This document shows positions 53,094-57,512 of a DNA stretch of 57,512 nucleotides, one piece after another. Source of the stretch: Octopus bimaculoides (taxonomy: Eukaryota); NCBI RefSeq assembly GCF_001194135.2, contig NC_068990.1, forward strand, positions 44,139,379 to 44,196,890, written 5' to 3'. The stretch's first letter is position 1. Each line of letters opens with the position of its first letter. A program made the position numbers and the translations under genes. The notes below the pieces were generated by a model. That model searched no databases. It saw only the letters and a program-made list of their open reading frames with translations, and was not told where the DNA came from.

Positions 53094-53137
53094 ACACAAC
53101 GTTTCTGCTGATATACCCTCCAGCCTTCATCAGGTGT
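53094..53137 (-). ncRNA. Minimal type I hammerhead ribozyme motif, unit 1
   Basis: Minus strand ACAC-CTGATGA-A-GGCTG gagggtatat CAGCA-GAAAC-GT-T-GTGT: stem I ACAC/GTGT, intact CUGAUGA, palindromic ACGT stem III. The stem II closing pair is G-A instead of G-C. Confidence 0.65.
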
Positions 53138-53218
53138 CTTGGGGGAAATTTCGAACTTGAGTTCTCATTCCTAAGGTAAACAATTGACGGATATTTGTCC
53201 TCATCTTGTTTGTTGTTA

Positions 53219-53262
53219 ACACAACGTTTCTGCTGATATACCCTCCAGCCTTTATCAGGTGT
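53219..53262 (-). ncRNA. Minimal hammerhead motif, unit 2 (core mutated to CUGAUAA)
   Basis: Same as unit 1 but with CTGATAA. Confidence 0.5.
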
Positions 53263-53949
53263 CTTGGGGAAATTTCGAACCTGAGTTCTCATTCCTAAGG
53301 TAACAATATTTTTTATACAATTTCTAATGATATTTAAGATGTATGATTTTTTAAACATTGAATGGCTAGGAGGATCCATCCGAGTAAAATAGGAATCAGT
53401 ATTCTATAGGCAAAAAAATTAACACTGAAACACTGATGTAAAAGTTTGTCAAATTGTATAAGAATGTATGATAGGTTACATTTATAAACGTTTAAAGAGA
53501 AGGAAGGAAGAGAAAAATAACTGATTGGGAAAATGAGGAAGAGGCCGATGTAACAAAGCGAATTATGTACTGGAATCTGTGTATGCGGGAGGATGAGGTT
53601 ATAAGGAATGAGTGCTGTTAGAGGTAAGGGTTATTTTTATCGATTAGGAAATTAAAATTTTTGATAGTTTGTAATTAATAAAATGGCTTTGTTGTTAACT
53701 ACTATATAATTGTGTTTACATCCAATGTGAATATTGATTTTCCAGGATTATTAAAATATTTTGCTAATGCATAAGTAGGTGACGTTTGTAAATTTTTCAC
53801 ATGTAAATTTCTAGTCAGGAAGAAAATTAAGTTCTGTCTATAAACTGTAAGAATATGCAAATGAGTTTTAAAATCTCAATGACATTAGCTTTCAAGTCAC
53901 TTAATAGCATTTCAATGGTTAGAACGTCACACAAAATACACTGTAGTAT

Positions 53950-54090
53950 TTGTTCTGGCTCTGTAGGTTCTGAGTTCAAATCCACCTGTGGTTAAATTTA
54001 TCTTTCATCCATCCAGTGTCGGCAAAATAAAATACTGGTCAAGTTCAGGGATCGATATAATCGACCAACCCTCTCGCCCGAATTCCTCAC
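53950..54090 (+). mobile_element. Degraded SINE family C
   Basis: GGTTCTGAGTTCAAATCC...TCTTTCATCC...GTCGGCAAAATAAAATACTGG. Confidence 0.65.
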
Positions 54091-54109
54091 TTTTTGCCTA
54101 TAATAATAA

Positions 54110-54315
54110 TAAATGTTCAGTTCACTCAGCTGGCAAAAATGAGTAGTACCTGTATTTCAAAAGGCCAGCCTTGTCAGATGAATCTTCCGGGTACTATGTT
54201 AAGGATACACGTATCTGTGGAGTGTTCAGCCACTTGCACGTTAATTTCACGAGCAGGCTGTTCCGTTGATCGGGCCAATTGGAATTCTCGTCGTCGTAAC
54301 CGACGGAGTACCAGT
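54110..54315 (+). mobile_element. SINE family B 3' half
   Basis: AAAGGCCAGCCTTGTCA...TCTGTGGAGTGTTCAGCCACTTGCACGTTAATTTCACGAGCAGGCTGTTCCGTTGATCGG...GTCGTAACCGACGGAGT. Confidence 0.88.
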
Positions 54316-55014
54316 TAGTTGATAACTGTTCTAAAGAGAACTTAAGGTGGTGACCTGGCAAAATCACCGGAGAGTCGTAAAAATTGCCTCGCAGTATTCG
54401 TTCACAATTTTACGCTCTGAGTAAATCCTATCAAGATTAAATTTACCTTTCAGTGCTGCAGGGTTAAAGAATTACCTAGATACATGTTTATTGTTTTGTA
54501 GAAATACTATCTTGCTTTAAGGGAAAAGGAAAATCGTGAGTATATTTAGAAAAGTGATATAGTAGAAGGGTTGTAAAGAAGTTAAAATTGAATAAGGTTT
54601 AGACATGTATAGCTTGTAAAGTTACTGAAATAGTATAATTATAGAGGACGCAGGCATAGTCAAGTAAATGAAATGCTTGTTTGATAATCATGAAGTCACG
54701 GGTTTGATTGCACTGCGCGGCTTCTTAAGCAAGTGTCTTTTACAAATGCTGCTGACCGAGTCGAGCTCTGTGAGTGAAGTCGGGTAGACAAGACAGAAAG
54801 TATGTGGAATACCCTCGAATGGACTGTAACTGTAATTCAAAGAACCACCCAGCCTTGTCAAATATTGTGCCATGCAGATTCGGCTGGAGAATTATGTTAA
54901 GTCTGTGGAATACACAGCCACTTATATATTAGTTTAACAATTAGGTAGTTCAGTTGATCGAACATCTGAATGTTCACCGTAGAATCCGAAGAGTATAGAA
55001 TCAATAATATTGAT

Positions 55015-55410
55015 AATAACCCTTTTAACTATAAGCACACGATCTGAAATTTTGCGGGAGGAATATAGTCGATTATATCGATCCCACTGTTCAACTAGTA
55101 GTTATTTCATCGACTCCGGAGTGATGAAAGGCAAAGTCGGCCTGAGCAGAATTTGAACTCCTAAGGATAAAGAGCGGAAAGAAATGCTACTAACCATTCC
55201 CCCCCCCCCCGACACGCTAACGAATCTGCCAACTCGCTACTTATGCACAAGGTTTAAAACTTGGGTGGTAATGAGAAATTACCGCTTATATTGGTCCTAG
55301 TACTTTATTTAATCGACCTCGGAAGGCTAAAATGCTAAACTGACTTCGGTGAGATTCGAAGGCCTGAACAAATACTACGCGGCATTTTGCTTGACGCTCG
55401 TATGCTTCTG
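55015..55410 (-). mobile_element. Two degraded SINE family C copies in tandem
   Basis: GATGAAAGGCAAAGTCGG...AATTTGAACTC and ATCGACCTCGGAAGG...CTTCGGTGAGATTCGAA motifs. Confidence 0.7.
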
Positions 55411-55786
55411 CTAAGAAATGTTGATACAAATGTTAATATACTGAAAAACACAAACAACCTATTTGATCTAAGCCATCATAATTATGCCAGTGTCATCGAT
55501 GAAATTTCTCGCCCCAGAGGAACTGCTTATTTATAATGATGGTTATCTTGTATGATTGATAGTTGAGAATAAATACACAAGTCGCATGGCATTACTTAGC
55601 AACGAATGTGTGTTATTAGTATGAAATGAAATATCTTCTATTTGTTGTGTCCGAGTTTAGATTAACAAAATCTGTCCATAGCCTTCATTTGCTTAGTTGT
55701 GTTATGGCATTTGGAATATAGCTATCGACATATACATACATACATACGTACATACATACATACATACATACGTACACACACACACA

Positions 55787-55844
<58 letters not shown>

Positions 55845-55849
55845 CGTAT

Positions 55850-56707
55850 ATGAAAAACCTCTCAGTGGCAAATATCCCAAAGAGCGCTGATAATGCCGAT
55901 GTTGACACAGCCCTTATCCATCAGTGGTTAACATCTTCTGGCTTAAAATCAGAGACACGTTGCGTATGTCAACAACAAAATGAAACTATTTATCATGTCA
56001 CCATGTGCAGTCTTCTTGCACCTACAAAATATCTCAACAAGCACAATAGAGCAGCACAGTATATTCACAGGGTAATTTGCAAAAACTTGGACCTGACCCG
56101 ACCCATGATAAAAACTGCTGGGAACACAAACCACCTCCAGTGTTTGAAAATGACCTCATCTCACTCTTCTGGAACTTCACCGTTCAAACTAACAGAAAGA
56201 TAGAGGAGAATAGGCCAGACATTACATTGAAGAACTTCAGACATGCCTCCAGATCGATATGATTGTCCCAATCGACATAAACATATCTGTCAAGACCTAC
56301 CAAAAAACTGAGCCGGTATAAAGATCTTGGAATAGAAATTGGCGAGATGTGGAAACTCAAAACTAAAATAATACCTGTTGTCATAGGTGCCCTAGGAATG
56401 ATAGCAAAAGGGACTGATTACTATTTAGCTGAGATACAAGGAAATCTAAAAACGGCAGAAATTCAAAAAATAATGCTCACGGGAACTGCCTATATCCTGG
56501 GTAAAATACTATCTATGTAATCTCAAATTTTAGAACAAACTTAAATTTTCTGATGTTTTCTTAAACATTCTCTCGGATAATACTTTGTGCAAAACCAAAT
56601 AAATGGCACCCTAGTCATAACACCTACTTGAACTTATAACTTGTCTCTTGAGGTCTCTGAGTGAAACTTGGAGTCAGCTTGTACAAATACAAAGCAAAAG
56701 TCAAACA
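55850..56707 (+). mobile_element. R4/Dong-type non-LTR retrotransposon, 3' fragment with 3' UTR and (TAA)n tail
   Basis: QWLTSSGLKSET, CCHC-like RCVCQQQNETIYHVTMCSLLAP..YLNKHN, RLE region LFWNFTVQTNRKIEENRPDITLK, and KYKDL-like SRYKDLGIEIGEMWKLKTKIIPVVIGALG...ILSM* (stop at 56518-56520). Confidence 0.9.
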
Positions 56708-56723
56708 TATAATAATAATAATG

Positions 56724-56787
<64 letters not shown>

Positions 56788-56900
56788 TGATGATGATGAT
56801 GATAATGATAATGATAATAATAATGATAATAATAATAATGATGATGATGATGATGACAATGATAATAATAATAATAATAATAATAGTAATAATAATAATA

Positions 56901-56939
<39 letters not shown>

Positions 56940-56943
56940 GTAA
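56708..56943. repeat. (TAA)n/(GAT)n compound microsatellite
   Basis: Direct reading of the sequence. Confidence 0.95.
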
Positions 56944-57432
56944 ATGTCATAATGCAGTACCAGAAAGTGGCTTCTGATCTTAACTGATTGGAAATCTTAC
57001 CATGTACAATGTTTTGCCTTGATATCAAAGATGGGCTACAGCAAATATTCTGTTCAATACCACATATTTGTTTGTCTGTTGATGTCCTTAACCACTTGAA
57101 CATGTCCCTTGGTGGCTGACAAAAATGTGCATCTCTTACTACAAGCAGTAGTGAGGGAGCATCATAGCCATGTGTTGAGAGGAATTCTTTGGGGCTCTGG
57201 AAACAGGGGTTTTGTTCAGCATTCTTAAACAAAACTTTTTCAAGGACCTTTTGAGCTGGATGGACTACTCGATCTGAAGAAAATTCTGACTGAGCCCCAC
57301 CTGCAAGGTCATTCGCTGTTTATCTTGACGTACCTGTCGTGCCCTTGTCAGATGGGTCGTCATTATGGGTATACTGGGCTTCGTATATTTTACACCAGTG
57401 TTACTTTGATGGCACGCGCTGCTCTCTCACTC
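56944..57432 (+). mobile_element. Unclassified (TAA)n-bounded element X, copy 2
   Basis: Homologous to 51318-51789, extends further 5', and has the same 3' junction into (TAA)n. Confidence 0.75.
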
Positions 57433-57503
<71 letters not shown>

Positions 57504-57512
57504 TAATAATAA
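57433..57512. repeat. (TAA)n microsatellite
   Basis: Direct reading of the sequence. Confidence 0.97.

Larger units (their letters stand above)
53055..53303 (-). repeat. Tandem duplication, two units of about 125 bp, each carrying a hammerhead motif
   Basis: ACAATTGAC(A/G)GATATTTGTCC...CCTAAGGTAA starts at 53055 and 53180. The units differ at only a few positions. Confidence 0.95.
52911..53420. mobile_element. Probable hAT-type MITE interrupted by the ribozyme-bearing duplication
   Basis: Starts CAGAGGTTCTCAAC (hAT-like terminus). The right end is not clearly resolved. Confidence 0.35.

Overview
Eukaryotic, AT-rich, repeat-dense non-coding DNA. The SINE families, Penelope-like elements and extreme microsatellite load point to an Octopus genome (inference from repeat content). 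Many N-gaps sit next to (TA)n/(CA)n tracts. No host protein-coding exon could be supported, and almost all listed ORFs are microsatellite, gap or decayed-transposon artefacts. Contents: three tRNA-like SINE families (labelled A, B, C here); decayed CR1-type, R4/Dong-type, Penelope-like and probable Ty3/Gypsy retroelement fragments; mariner and hAT relics. The most notable signals are: (1) a candidate recursive AG|GTAAGT splice site at 41188/41189; (2) minimal hammerhead ribozyme motifs, one a tandem pair; (3) a CR1 LINE whose 3' stem-loop tail is shared with SINE family A; (4) a repeated R4-3'-end/(TAA)n/unknown ~480 bp element/(TAA)n stack; (5) near-perfect TA-flanked hairpins; (6) an inverted mariner built from two diverged 5' halves; (7) an RFX X-box cluster. 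Element boundaries were read by eye and are approximate unless stated.
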